Shown here one piece after another: positions 24,878-37,883 of a stretch of 64,000 bases of DNA. Numbering within the stretch: position 1 is the stretch's first letter; each line of letters starts with the position of its first letter. Position numbers and translations under genes: made by a program. Source of the DNA: Squalus acanthias (taxonomy: Eukaryota); the NCBI GenBank assembly GCA_030390025.1, contig CM059431.1, positions 113,834,001 to 113,898,000 on the forward strand, given 5' to 3'. Below the pieces are notes generated by a model. That model made no database searches. It worked only from the letters and a program-made list of their open reading frames with translations, and was not told the origin of the DNA.

Positions 24878-26083
24878 ATGGGGGGCTGTACTGGCAGTCG
24901 ACCTCGCCCTCCAGGATCGACAGCGGAGGGAGCGGAGGCAGCGAGAAAGATTGCAAGATGTGGCCAGAGGGAGGAGGAGGGCCATCAGGGCTCTCAACAG
25001 GAGGCCTTACCCTCCGAGGGTATTCCAAGAGCACTTCTCCTACCTCCAATTAAGTGAGGAGCAGTGCATCAGAAGGCTTCGCTTCAGCAAGGATGTGGTC
25101 ACCGAACTCTGCCACCTCCTGCAGCCAGACCTCGAGCCTAAGATCAGGTCGACCATGGCTCTCTTAGTGGCAGTTAAGATCACCATCGCCCTCAATTTCT
25201 TCGTCAGTGGTTCCTTCCATTCTGCAACAGGAGATATAGCGAACATCTCGCAGTTTGCCGTCCATCGCTGCATCTGGGAGGTCACAGAGACTCTCTACAG
25301 TAGGAGAAGGGACTACATTTCCTTCCCCATCACCAGAGAGAAGCAGGACAAACGTGCATGTGGCTTTGCCAGGATAGCTGGTTTCCCCATGGTGCAGGGC
25401 GCCATTGACTGCACCCACGTGACTTTGTGGGCGTCCCATAACAATTGTGAGATCTTCTGTAACCACAAAGGCTACCACTCACTTAATGTGCAGTTGGTGT
25501 GCGACCACAGACAGCAAATCCTCAATGTCAATGCCTGCTATCCTGGCAGCAGCCACGATGCCTTCATCCTGTGCCAGACCGGTGTGTCAGCACTCTTCCA
25601 ACCACCACATCAAGCTCGCGGCTGGCTGGTCGGAGACAAGGGCTATCCGCTCTCCACCTGGCTCATGACTCCCCTTTGCAACCCCAACACTCCAGCTTAG
25701 CACTCGTATAATGAGAGCCATGCCACCGCCAGGAACAACATCGAGCAGACCATCGGGGTGCTCAAGCAACGGTTCCGCTGCATTGACTGCTCGGGAGGAG
25801 CCCTCCAGTACTCGGCTGAGCGGGTGTCCCATTTCGTGGTGGTCTGCTGCATGCTCCACAACTTGACCATCATGAGGGCCCAGCCCTTGAACCAGGGATT
25901 GCAGGACCACCTCAGGAAGAGGAAGAGGGAGAGGACAAGGAGGACGAGGACGAGGAGGAAGAGGAAGATGAGGAGGAGGAGGAAGAGGAGGAGGAGAAAC
26001 AGGAGCGAGGGAGGAGGCAGCCTCTCAATCGGCCTTCTGGAAGGGCGGTCCGTGACCGCCTCATCAGACTGCAGTTCCAATAA
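24878..26083 (+). pseudogene. HARBI1-like DDE transposase of H2 (intronless; two frameshifts, one stop)
   Basis: ATG 24878 with +1 G in a G run; GAIDCTH, GDKGY and IEQTIG catalytic motifs; TAG at 25698; frameshift near 25890 into a poly-E tail ending RDRLIRLQFQ* (TAA 26081-26083, overlapping AATAAA). Confidence 0.92.
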
Positions 26084-26248
26084 ATTAAACCCCAGATCTC
26101 CATTGCTCACCACATCCCCATCATTCCATCCCTGTCACAGGCCATATCACAGCGCACAGCTGAAATGAGAGACACCACAAAATCATCCAAAGCCAAATAA
26201 TACATTTATCAATAATCAGTGAACACATATGTACAACACCAATATTAG

Positions 26249-28144
26249 CTATTCACCCTTGTGCAATACCTTCGTGCCCCTCGTTACAGTGCCTTTGCCT
26301 ATTCTAGTGCTCCTACGAAGTGTTGGCCCAGTGGCTGCAGCCCGGCGGGTGGAAGGCTGCTGAATGTCCGTGCGGGAGACTTCAGATGGCCTTGCAGGAT
26401 GCCCTCGACCAGCTCTGGGCCTGGAGGGCCCGGCTGGAGACTGCACCACCTCAGCATGGGCGGCAGCAGTCTTGACTGGCTGGATGACAGGCAGCGACAA
26501 GGGCAATGGCGGAGTGGCAATGGTGGGAGCAGGAATGCTGTCATCCTGAGAGAGGACAGCAGCTTCCTGCTCCACTGACCCACTGCCACTCCCCCGGGAC
26601 AGCACCTCAGCATCACTACCAATCTGTTGGAGCACAGATTGCTGGCCTGCTGCGGCACCGTGAAAGCTGGTGGTAGAGCCAGCCATGATGGCAGCGGTCA
26701 GAGCTTGCATGGCATCAAGCTGAAACTGCATGAGAGCAGTCTGAGAATCGATGGCACCAAGCATAGACTGAATTACAGCACTAAGACGTTGCGTGGCTTC
26801 TGCCTGTGCTGCAATGGAAGCTGCGACATCGCCCATCACACGCGGCATGAGGTCTGGGTTGCCACGGTCTCTCTGGGAGTCCACCATCCTTTGCAGACTG
26901 CAAATGATGGGCTCCATGGTGTGCGCAAAGCTCTGTGCAATGTTGGAGGCGGACTCCTCCACGCTCCTTACCATTGCCGAGAGGCTCTCAGGCACCCTTG
27001 CCATTGCACCTATCATCTCTGTGTGCAGGCCCATCACCCTTCTTCTAAAGGCCTCCCCATCGAGGTCCTCATCTGAGTCCTGTGCAGCAGAAGTCGCACA
27101 TGAACTCGCCCTCCGTGGAGCTGACTCCCGAGCTACCCTTTCCCGCTGGCTTTGCTGCAGCCCGCTCGTCCCCTGTTCATCACCCTATGCAGATCCCTAT
27201 ACTATACTAGCCTCTAAAGAATGCGTAGTGCCAGTATCTGAGCTGGTGCCTGTGGGTGAGACATGCACTGACGCAGTGAGTTCTTCCTCCTCCTCCTCTC
27301 CCGCCTCGCTCTCTATGGTGCCCTCAGGGTCAGGCTACTCAGGTGCTTGCTCATTATCTGAAAACATAAAGGCACAAGAGTCGGGTTAAGGTGAGGGGAG
27401 GGGGCAGGAAGGGTAAAAGGCATGCATACAGCATGATTATCTGGAAAGTGGGAAAGGCTTGTGGGGTGAGGGGGAAGTGGGATGTGAGAAGAAGGAGTAG
27501 GGATGAACATACCGTTGTTGTCCCCAAGGGGGTCAACGTCGCCGGTGACCACGGCCCCCACCACCTGGCACCCAATAATTTGCAGCACTCTTTCCTCCAG
27601 TGCAGACAGTGGTTGGGTGTCAGGTTGTCCCCTGCCTGTGTGCTCCTGTTCTCTCCTGTTGTGTGCCACCTTGGCCTGCAAGAGAGAGGAAAGTGTGTGA
27701 GTGAGTGTGGAGCAATGTGTTTGGGAGATGTGCCTTCCATAGTTGAATAGCTGTCATTGTGTGCAAGGTGTGAGATGTGGGTGTGAGTGTTGGTAGGTGG
27801 AGATTGTTGGTGGGTGAGTGCTGGGGTGTGGTGCTTTGGCCAGTGTGTGCAGACTGTGGTTGAGATGGTGGTATGTAGCATTTGTTGAGGCATTGACTCA
27901 CCCTGACCACCCCAGTGAGGTCGTTAAATTTCTTCCTGCACTGTGTGTGGGTCCTGGGGACCACAGTGCTGCCTGAGACCTGCTGGTCTACCTCCCTCCA
28001 CATGGCGCAGAAGACTTGCGGCGAGGACCTCCTGCCACTTGCCGGGTACAGCACCGCCCTCCGTCTCTCCACAGCGAAGACCAACGCCTCCAATGCTTGG
28101 TCGCAGAATCTGCGAGCTCTCTCCCTGGGCCGTTGATCTGCCAT
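26249..28144 (-). pseudogene. Three-exon Myb/SANT(MADF)-coiled-coil ORF2 of H2 (504 codons; three in-frame TAG stops)
   Basis: Exons 28144-27902 (243 nt, ends QCRKKFNDLTGVVR|GTGAGT), 27675-27513 (TTGCAG|...|GTATGT) and 27357-26249 (TTTCAG|); total 1515 nt in a single frame. Confidence 0.88.
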
Positions 28145-29593
28145 AATGACACCTCCTTCAGTGGTCCGGTTCCTTCTCCTGGGCCTTCTGATGCTTGCTG
28201 AGACAGCTGCAGAACCAGCAATGCTGAGAATGAGGTTCTGCAGCATGATTGAACCTCCCCTTTAAGAACTGGAAAGAGCCTGTGGCAATGATGACTAGCG
28301 ATTTCACTGCACCTGAAATTGCTTAGCGCCACTGAGCTAGGTCATGAGCGCTTGATTTAGCGCTCACATACCTTTCTTTGAGCGCTAACACTTACTTTAG
28401 CGTGCAGCGAGATTCATTAGCGCCTGGCGCTAAATCTCAAACTTTTCAGAAGTTAGCGCCCACTCCTGGGCGATAATGAATTTCTCCCCCAAAGTCTTTC
28501 TCTGTATACATTTTGTTGCCGTTTCCATTATAAATGCCTATGTCCATATTTGTAATGGATTTCTGTCCCCCCGCCATGCCAGTTTTCTGGTATCAGGTGA
28601 ATTTTGATATTTTCAGTGGTCTCCCAGGGCAATTCTTGCTTGTTTTGGGGACTCCAAACTTTGGGAGGGAGGGAAATCACTGTGACAGGCCTTGAGTACA
28701 CACACCATAATGAGGCTAGCTACCTCTAGAACAGCTGTCAAAGATTCTTTTCTTTTCAAAGGACTTGATCACGGGGCTGGGGAGTGGAATTATCTGGCCA
28801 GTGATCAATTTAATTCCTTTTACGGCATTTAAAATTTAAATTGCTCCTTCTCTGCACGGCCTAGCAATGCTGTATGTCAGGAATGCCATTCCGAGAGTGC
28901 AGCATTGCTATATTGCAAATAATGGGAAGTACATCATATGTATTCATGTCATTTCCATGCTATTAAAATATGCCAACACGTATTTGGCAGTGATATTGAA
29001 CACTAATGTCACTTCAGTAGGAAATCCCTGAAGTTTTCAGTAGGTGATGAGGGCCCAGCGGAACAGCTCCCTGACTGTTCTTCTCTTCCCAGGCAGCCTG
29101 CATAACTCCAGAGGAAAATTAACCTCGCTATATCCCTCGACTAACTAAAGGCATCTTTGTTTGGGCACCAGTGGTGACGACCCAGTTAGACACCTAGCAA
29201 TAGGGTCTTCAATTTCTTAGATTTCAAAACTCGCAGCAGAGTTTTGTGTCTAGAACAGAGTGCATCAATAATTAGCAGCAACAATAATGCAAGGCAGCAA
29301 TTGTAAGTGGACTTTGCCTTCCATCTCAGTCGACAGAACGCTCTGCCATATATACCCAATTTCCCACCTCTCTTCCCCAAGGGTGGGAGGAGTCATAAGT
29401 CCACCTTCCCACAACCTGGTCTATCAGAATCATGATAGATGATTTTGTGTGTGTGTGGTGGGGGGGGCGCGGGGGGGGGGCGGCGGTCAAGAGGAAGTGT
29501 TAGTCATGATGCTAATATTATGGTGTGAGGCAGGCTTGATGGATCAGCTGGTCTTTTCCTCCCCGTCAATTTTCTATGTTCATATGACACAGA

Positions 29594-30388
29594 GGGCTGG
29601 ATTTTGCTGGGTCCCATCCGCATGGTGCAGGGTCACCCGGGAGAAGCCAGGAAGCCCGGAAGGTCGGGTTTCCCGGCCCGCTGTGGGGTTTTAACTCCAC
29701 AGCATGCGTGCGACGTGAAGGACAGGTTCCCCGACTGGAAGTCAGCCTGATTGTCAGTCTGGCTTCCAGTCGTGCGGGGAACTCGGAGAAGGAGGCCACA
29801 GTAACAGCTAAGTGCTGGGCCCAGGGTGGTGGGGGGCAGGGGGGCCGAGCCCGGGGGGTCTGATTCCCCCCGGGGGGAGGTCCAATCCCCGAACCCGGGG
29901 CCAAATCACGATCCCGGGGGCGGGGGTGTTGGGTGTTCCAGGCCCAGAGGGGGATCTGATCCCGGAGGGGTCTGAACCCAGACCCTGGTATGGGGGGTGC
30001 AGGCTGATGCTGGGGGAGCTTGGGGGGCTGGGTGGAAGCACTCCCACTCCTCCCGGCTCACAACATTGTTCCCCAAGGCTGAGGCCGCCTCGTTGCAGCC
30101 ACTGGGAATCCCGAGCCCCGGGATCCCCGGCCGCCTGCAGTAAAACCTACAAAGCCGGTTAAAGTAGAGGCTTCAGGCCACAATATAATATGCAAATTGC
30201 CAACCCGCCTCTTGGCAGCGGTTTGGCAACCCCCCACCTCGCCGCCCCCCCCCCCCGCCCCGTCCCGCCTGAGTAAAAAGTGAAAGTGAGTGGTTTGGAG
30301 GAGGGTTGGGGTCAGGGTTCACATTTGCACAACTTTCACTTCCCACCCGCCTCTAACCCACCCGTTCTTGCCTCAGAAAATTCCGGCC
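29594..30388. mobile_element. Harbinger-type MITE E (H3-like ends)
   Basis: GGGCTGGATTTT / AAAATTCCGGCC; flanks AGA/ATA; internal homology to MITE I at 43829. Confidence 0.82.
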
Positions 30389-31381
30389 ATAGTTTAGACA
30401 AGAAATTCTCTCGGTTTAAACTGCACATTTTTGTGGCTCACAATTATTGGAGGAGGCAATCAAAACTCTTTGCATATATATGCGTACAAATGTGCAATGG
30501 AGCCAAAAAGCAAACATCGATGGTGTCCATGCATTTAGGTAAATCATGGGTATTTGACAGCTAAACTTCAAGGAGTGTACAGTCATATTTGTGGATACAC
30601 GTGCGCACATGCTCAAGGGAAAGTACTGCCCAAAATGTTTGGCAACTGTGAGTACTAAGTGGAATTATTACTCTGGGGCTCCTGAATATATTGAGATAAC
30701 AGGCAAAAACATTAATCTGAGGCACTGCCTTTATCTCCGTTTGACAGGCAACGGAGAAACCTCCGTGTCTCTGGTTTCTGTATCACAGTGAGATAAAATT
30801 GTAATTGTCTCAGAAAAATTCACTGTGGAGGGATGTCCATGGCATAAAATTACCCCACATTCAGCAGTCCAGCTTTGCAGCTGCGTCTGTGTGAGGCACC
30901 AAATTTCATAAAGTAGAGAACTGGCACATTGTACTGGCCCTGGTGGCAGTACTCCTTTGATATTAGTGTCGAAGAGTATCATTATACCACAGTTTGAGAC
31001 CAGCTCCTGCTATGAACAGTGTGGGGGCCCTGCAGACCCTAGTTAGACCGGCAGCCCGGCAATGCTCCCTGGTCATGGAAAATAGGACCTCGGCACCTGT
31101 GTGCTCCGCTCGCCAGTATATCAATATCAGTTAAATTTTACCGTCCCATCTATACCCGGCTAACACCGAAAAGAGTAGAAATGAAGTTTAAAAGAATTTG
31201 TACGCTGTCCAATAAATCACCGGGGAAAGTTTTTAATATTTTCTTTGAATTGGCTGCAATTACACTGCTGCTGCAGCAGGTATGAAGCCAAAGATATGGA
31301 AGACAACCTCCTGTAGGTAATATCATGCAGCCTGCCTAGTAAATCCAGAGGGCTTCACACTCAAGTTACACTGCAGACTTC

Positions 31382-32202
31382 GGGCTGGATTTTGCCAGCC
31401 GAGACGAGTTGGGGGCGGGACTGCTGCCTTCCAGGTTCTAGTCCCGCCCCCAGCGACATCTGATGAACCCACGCTATTTTCCCTTGATTGGCCTTACCGG
31501 CCAATTAAGGCAAAGCCGGTAACAGAGGACATCAGCGTATGACGCTTCATCTGTCGAGAATTTTTTGACAGATGAATTGTCATCGTTTGACAGCTTTGAG
31601 AAGCTATCAAACACTGACAATCTCTGTTCTAAGGTGAGCCCTTGCACAAAGGCTCACCAAAACCTCTCTCCTCAGCAGAAAGCAGATGGCTGCTGAATCT
31701 GAGAATACAGCAGACATTGTCATCTCTGCCGTTGAGATGAGGCACCTCCGGATCCTCAACGATTGAAGCCTGCAGAAAGAAGCAAAGGTAAGGAACCCTT
31801 TTTAAAAACTTTACACTCACCTCTCATACTTACCTCACCACACTTGCACCCATCGCTCACCTCTGCAACAGACATTTTGACCCCTCTCACCCCCGCAGAC
31901 CCACTGCTCACCTCGCTGACCCTGGCGAGGTTCGCAGCTGTCGGGAAGCCTGCAATTGCAGGCATAAAATGAGGAAAAGCCTCAAAACTGCCTGTTAACT
32001 ACCTGTTAACAGGCAGTTAATTGGCTCTAATCACCTTCCCGCCTCGAGGAGACTGGTCCCTGCGCAACTCGAGGACCCGCCTCCCGGAAAGATGGCACTG
32101 AGGCGGGTTGGGAGCGAGGTTGGTACCTGCTTCCATTTTCTGCAGTTTTCCTGGCTGTCCCACCTCCAAACCCACCTCCTCAGGGCTGAGAAAATTCCCC
32201 CC
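31382..32202. mobile_element. Harbinger-type MITE F
   Basis: GGGCTGGATTTT / AAAATTCCCCCC; TSD TTC; colinear with MITE G. Confidence 0.88.
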
Positions 32203-32404
32203 TTCGTGTCGATACTGCTTTTCACCAATGCAAACTTATACAGCAGAACTAGCCAGTCGAAACCCAAGAGTGTCATTATGTGTGTGTGTCCTAAGTGACA
32301 GAGGGCTTGGCACAGGCTATGGAGTGATGAAAACAAATCTATTTTCTTGCACTATTATCCTTCACCTTCACATTGTACATGTCACAATGTGGAGTATACA
32401 TCAG

Positions 32405-33873
32405 GGCCCAGAATTTGCGGCCCCGAAGTACGCTCTGCACAAGGATCGCGCGATCCCTGTGTAGAGAACTTCGGGTTTTCTGACCTTGAATTCAATTCAA
32501 CGGAACTTAATGGGGATCCCCTAGTGCGAACTGCTGTGACGTCAACCAGCTATCTAAGCAGCCAATCAAAAGGCAGAATTCTCACAGACAGCGAACAAGG
32601 AAGTGAGTACACTCTTAAAATTCTAACTTTTTAATAATTAGAGAGAGCAAAAGATTGGGGTTCTCACATGGAGAAAAGACAAACCTAAAATAAAGATACA
32701 CAAACTTTAAAAAAAATTAATAATTTTTTTTGAAAAGTTGCTTAAAAATTAAAAATTTTATTAAAATGGACGAATTTCACACTGCACAAAATGAAAATTA
32801 GTTTTCCAGACCCTTAACGTTTGTTTGGCAGTCAATACGCTGTTAAAACACCAGTTACACCTAATCCCTTTGGGGGTGAAATTCCCCTCGTTTGCGCCTC
32901 CGATTCGGCGGGAGGTTAGTGGCAGCGCTACTGCTTTTCACCCCGATCTTCTGCGCCCGGAGATCATGACATAATTTCCGGGCGCATCGCCCCGTTAGTG
33001 CTTCCGATGCAAAATTCCCCTTTTTTGCCTGCCTGTGGGTCTCTGTTTTTTAGCGACAGGTTCGGCAGGCGTTTTCCAGTCGGGAGACCTGTGGAGGAGC
33101 GCTGTTTAAAGGCCTCCACTTCCGGTTGTCGTTTGTGTCGGCCAGGACACCGAACTTTTAGCTGCTCAGAAGCAAAGAGCCCTTTTGATTATCGGAAGCG
33201 TTTTTGAGATTTCAGAGTTTGCTGCTGAATAAGGAATCTTCATTTGCATTAGGGTGTGATTTGTTGGTTATTAGGCAGTTCTTCTCAGAACAATGAACAG
33301 GGTCCGCAGTCTGTGTCTGTTCTCCTCGAAGCAAGCAAAGCTGCAAATGAGCATCTGGTGAATGATCGAACCTCCCCTTTAAGAGCTGCAAAGAAGCAGC
33401 GCGAGTGATCAAATCTGTTTGAAACTCACCTGAAATTCAGCAGCTCTCTGGTGTTAACGCCCCTGTAGCATCCCACTGAGGACATTAGCGCTTGATTTAG
33501 CGCCCCTCTCCCTTCCTGGGGTGATGTCAGGGAATTTAGGTGAGGTTCAGAATCATTAGCGCCGGGTGCTAACTTTTCAAACTTTTTGCAGTTAGCGCCC
33601 CAGATGGCCCTCAAGGGTACTTTCGCCCCCTTTGGGTCTAACTTTTAGTGGGGAATTTAACAGCGTACTTACTGCAGAAGAGCCGAAGTTGTCATCAGTT
33701 TCAATGATTTACGAGATTTCACTGATTTCCGGCTCTGTTGGGGGGTGGGGGGGCAGGGGGCACAGCGCAGCCAGTTTCGGAGCTGTCATTGCGTTGCGCG
33801 TGCGCCAAATCCCGAAGTTGTGGTCAATTTCAAAGGCAGTATGGCGCCGTACTCCCACCGCAAATTCAGGGCC
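32405..33873. mobile_element. Harbinger-type MITE H (MITE A-like TIR) hosting a nested MITE
   Basis: TIRs GGCCCAGAATTTGCGG / CCGCAAATTCAGGGCC (15/16); TSD CAG. Confidence 0.88.
32872..33630. mobile_element. Nested H2-family MITE
   Basis: TIRs GGGGGTGAAATTCCCCT / AGGGTACTTTCGCCCCC (14/17); TSD TTT; 33370-33600 is homologous to the H2 right end. Confidence 0.88.
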
Positions 33874-34780
33874 CAGAACCTTAACAGAATCAAAAGCCAG
33901 CTGAAGCCAAAAGACAAACCATCGCAGTGAGACGTGCGCTGTCTCTGATTTCGCCATCTCTACCCCAGAGGCATTGCCCAAAATATTAGTGATGCAGTGA
34001 TACCCTGACAGAAAAAAACACAAGAAGCATCCAAAACACCTTGGCATAAATTGGAAAGCTGATGAAATGTACCCGTTAAATCATTTACATTTAGAGTTCT
34101 CTTATTACCAGTGTGTTGGTTTTAACATTTGCAGTCAAAATATAAAAAAAATCATGAAATATGTATAGATCTGTGAGCGTTATGTAAAGAATATGACATA
34201 AAATAAGTTGTCACTGTATAAAATATGTTACAGCTTAGATGGAGACATCATTCTGTCTTCGATTTTAAATTATCTTTCTTCTGGCACTATACAAAGACAG
34301 CCTCGTCTTTGCTAAGACCCCATTTCAGGCTGAAATTTTTTGAAAGGGCTATTAATGTTTCATGTTAATCACCGAGAGTGGGAAACAGACCTGACAGGTG
34401 CTTTCTAGTCTAGTTATTCCTGTCTCTCTGCATTAAGCATTACTATCAGAATGGAACAAAGTTTCCTACCCACTGCTTGCAGTAACAAGATGTACAATAA
34501 GATGATTTCCTTAATAATTACTATTGGTTATTTCGCATACACAGCTATGGCACTACAGTGCTTGTTGCAAAAATCTCAAAATATATCAGCACGATTATTT
34601 TAAGAATGCTGTGTGTGGGATGAAATAGCTCGATTCAACCCTGGCAGTGAGGTGTTTTGTACCAAATTCCTGAACAAGATCCAGGACTTACTTTTTCAGG
34701 AGCTCATCAGTTGTAGAAACCTATGAATTTCTGGAATTCTGTTAACTCTTCACATTCTGGGGTACTGTTTTAAAGCATAG

Positions 34781-35553
34781 GGGGGAAAAATTCAGCTGCT
34801 TGCGCCTCCCGTTAGCGCCTTAAATGGGCGCTAATGGGGCGTAAAGCAGCTAACGCCCGGGCGCAGCGCCGCCCACGCCTCCCGAAAAATTTAGTGGGAG
34901 GTTAGCGGCGGCGGCAGCCGGTAGCGCCCTGTGGCGCTGCGCCGCCGGCGATGACGTCATCGCCGTGCGCAGCGCCCCGCTCGCGCCCCGGCCGTGATCT
35001 TCAGTCGCGCCCCCTGATTTACCGCCAGACGCTATGTCCGACGGGTTCAGGGGGGCGTACGTGCGGCTGGGGCGGCGATATTTAAAGGGGAGGTGGCAGG
35101 CGGCCATTTTTGTTGCTGGCCGCCTGCCAGCACCTGCCCCCGTTGCTGTCCCCGGCCCCCGTGAAGCCCCCCCACCGTGAAGTGCCGGCTGCGCTCCAAG
35201 AGCCCGGCACTTCTCTTGAGTGCCGGGCTCTTTTGCCGGCACTCCCGATCCCTGGGAGCCCAGCTGGGCCCCGGTTCGCGCTGCGCAAGGCCCCTCCCCT
35301 TTAAGAAGGGGAGGAAGGCCTGCAATACCGCGGCGCGACGTGCCGCAGCGCGTGGCGCTGCGGCACGTAGCGCCAGGATATTCACTCGCAGCGCCCCAAG
35401 AGGGATGCGGGGTGCTTCCAGTTGCGCCCCGCTTCCCTCTTGGGGCGCAACCACTGAAGTTCCGGCGCGGGGCCGCTAATTTTTTCGGGGCGCTAAAAGT
35501 CGCGCCCCGGCGAGGTTAGCGCCCCAAATGGGGCGCGACTCAATTTTTACCCC
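34781..35553. mobile_element. Harbinger MITE D (H2/C family), CpG-rich
   Basis: TIRs GGGGGAAAAATT / AATTTTTACCCC; TSD TAG; ends nearly identical to MITE C. Confidence 0.92.
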
Positions 35554-37883
35554 TAGGTGTCCAAACACAGCTTTGTTTTCTTACAGTCATTCAAAACAAA
35601 TGACTTACAAAAAGAAATAAGTCAAATGTTAGATACAATGTCACCTTGAATGTACTTTACAATGCAAAACCATATCCGTGCACATGCTGCATGTTCCAAA
35701 CACCATAGCAGACTGGAAGAGCTTGTAAAAAATGTTGTGTCTATTGGGTTCTTTATTTTATTGATGAGAGTGTGCTTTAACCCTCTCTCATTTCTTATTG
35801 TTTGAGTATGATAGGCAGCCCAGAGGTGTGGTATGCATTATGTTGATGCACAGCCTGATAGCACCAGGTGTTGAATTCATAATTCCCCATATGGTGAATT
35901 CCTGATCACAGGCAAGGTTGCTGGAATGGGAGGTTATGAAGCAGTCGGGAAGGGGGCAGAACACGGCACTGGCAGAAACCTGTGAAGAGATTCCCCACCC
36001 ATCCTTCAGAAGAGAGAATGGGAGTTGGCACAGGAGGTGGCAGCCAAAGTGACAAGAGAATGTAATAGCTTACAAAGAGACATCACACTCAGATGGGTGC
36101 CTTGGATGTCAAGAATATCCAGCAAGTTCAGCATAGCCCTCCCTCAGTGATCTCATCAAACAAATAAAAACTCTCAAAATTTCTACCTTCAACATCCAAA
36201 AACTACAATCCGCAGTACCATCTGACAGAAATGGTGACATAACTGGTCCACAAATTGGAAAATAAAAACTATGTGACTACCGAAAGCTATCTAATCACGT
36301 TGGGGAATTTGTGAAGGCCATTTCAGGCTTTATGAGTGAGAGGTGCAAAAACTGTTCATAAAATGCAGGCTGCAGAGGGGATTTAGTGGTTAAAGTATTA
36401 ATAAAACTACTTTCACAAAGGCTCCAGTTCACATGGTGCAGTATATTTTTAATAGCTATTTTAATAGACTTGCTTTCAATTATTAAAGTATATTTTTAGT
36501 GTAAACTTCTTATGTTGCAATAATGATACGTAGTTGTCTGCAGTTAAATTTTGGTTCCCCTCCATTCTACGACACATATCAAAACATTAGTTCCCTGGCT
36601 TATTGCTAGCTGGCTCTGCTTCAGACAGCATCTTGCCTCATTATTAGCATCAGTTAGATTATAACTCACACCCAACTGTTTTTTTTTTGCACTATGTAGC
36701 ATAATCAATCGATGCGCGGCGTTGACAAGACACTCTTTTGCATTCTGTCATCGTGGTAATGTACATGGCTTGGAGGCATTGGCATCCGTAATGTGGGACA
36801 GTTACTGGGAGGCACTGAACGGGTTGAAACAGCAAGGGTTATTTCATAAAATATTAATGAAATGGAACAAAAAAAAAATACACTCGGATGTAGAATTGTC
36901 TGCTAAAATACAAAGAGTGTGTTTGTTTCTACTTTCTGATAGCTGTAATTAGCAAAGGCTAATTAAAAATTCAAATCCTCTCTGTATGTTTGAAAGCATA
37001 GATCCTGCCATTGTACTGTTTATTGCCCAGACCAGTGCAATATCCAAGGTATTTTATGTTGCAGCACTAATTGATCCAGCATCTGATGGCAGGGAAGAAA
37101 TGGAGCCAGATGCAGGTCCAGTCAGGCCAATTTACTCCGACTCCGCAGCATACAGTTATTTAAAACAACAGAACGTCTGCTTAAGGCTAGAACAGAATGC
37201 ATTGGGTTTTTTTTTCAGCAGATCTCAGCTAAGAGTGGCTTGGTAGGCTGGGTTTTGAGGTCATTCTCGCTTTGTTGCTTCGATTCTTGGCTCCACCACG
37301 TGGGCCAGGGGAGTGGGCGACTGAATGAGTGGCTGTGTAGATGCTCTCATAGGACCTGTGTTGCTCATTAACGCTGCTGCTTGCATTGGGCTGCAGGAGG
37401 TGCACAGCTACCGGCTACTAATGTATGAGGGAGAAATAGTCATCACTCCAGCTGTAAAAATCCAAAACAAGGAGGTAAATGGAAACCAATTGTGGCTGAT
37501 AATTAAAGTCAAGTTAAAGTTATTTTCTTAGAGGGTGAGCTGACATCCCAATTTTACCTGAAAGTCCTAATTCTGATATTCTTGCCCTCGTGCACTGAAC
37601 AGTGTTCAAAACCTCATATAGCAGAAAATAGAAATAAAATCTGCCAAAAATATACATAATCCAAATGAGCAACTTTGGAATCGTCTATGTGACAAAACAA
37701 ATTGTGTCTCCCTCTTCCTCTAACTCTCTTCTCATCTCCCACTCTAACTCTATTTCTCTCCCATGATTTTATCTTATTTTCTCTCTCTTATCTCCTCTAT
37801 ATTCTTCATGTCTCTTACTCTCTGTGTGCGTATCTCTTCCCTATCACCTTTTCTTTTTCCGTCTTCTTCCTTTCTTTCCCTAT

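Larger units (their letters stand above)
24398..28490. mobile_element. Full-length PIF/Harbinger transposon H2 (4093 bp)
   Basis: Perfect 14-bp TIRs GGGGGAGAAATTCA / TGAATTTCTCCCCC; TSD AAA; convergent transposase and MADF genes. Confidence 0.95.

Noticed and set aside
24951..25700. Host HARBI1 gene
   Set aside because: Lies inside TIRs and a TSD, has stops and frameshifts, and has diverged paralogous copies in the window; it is a transposon copy.
25758..26168. Poly-Arg C-terminus (and antisense poly-Ser/Leu ORFs)
   Set aside because: Frameshifted readings of the transposase poly-Glu tract.
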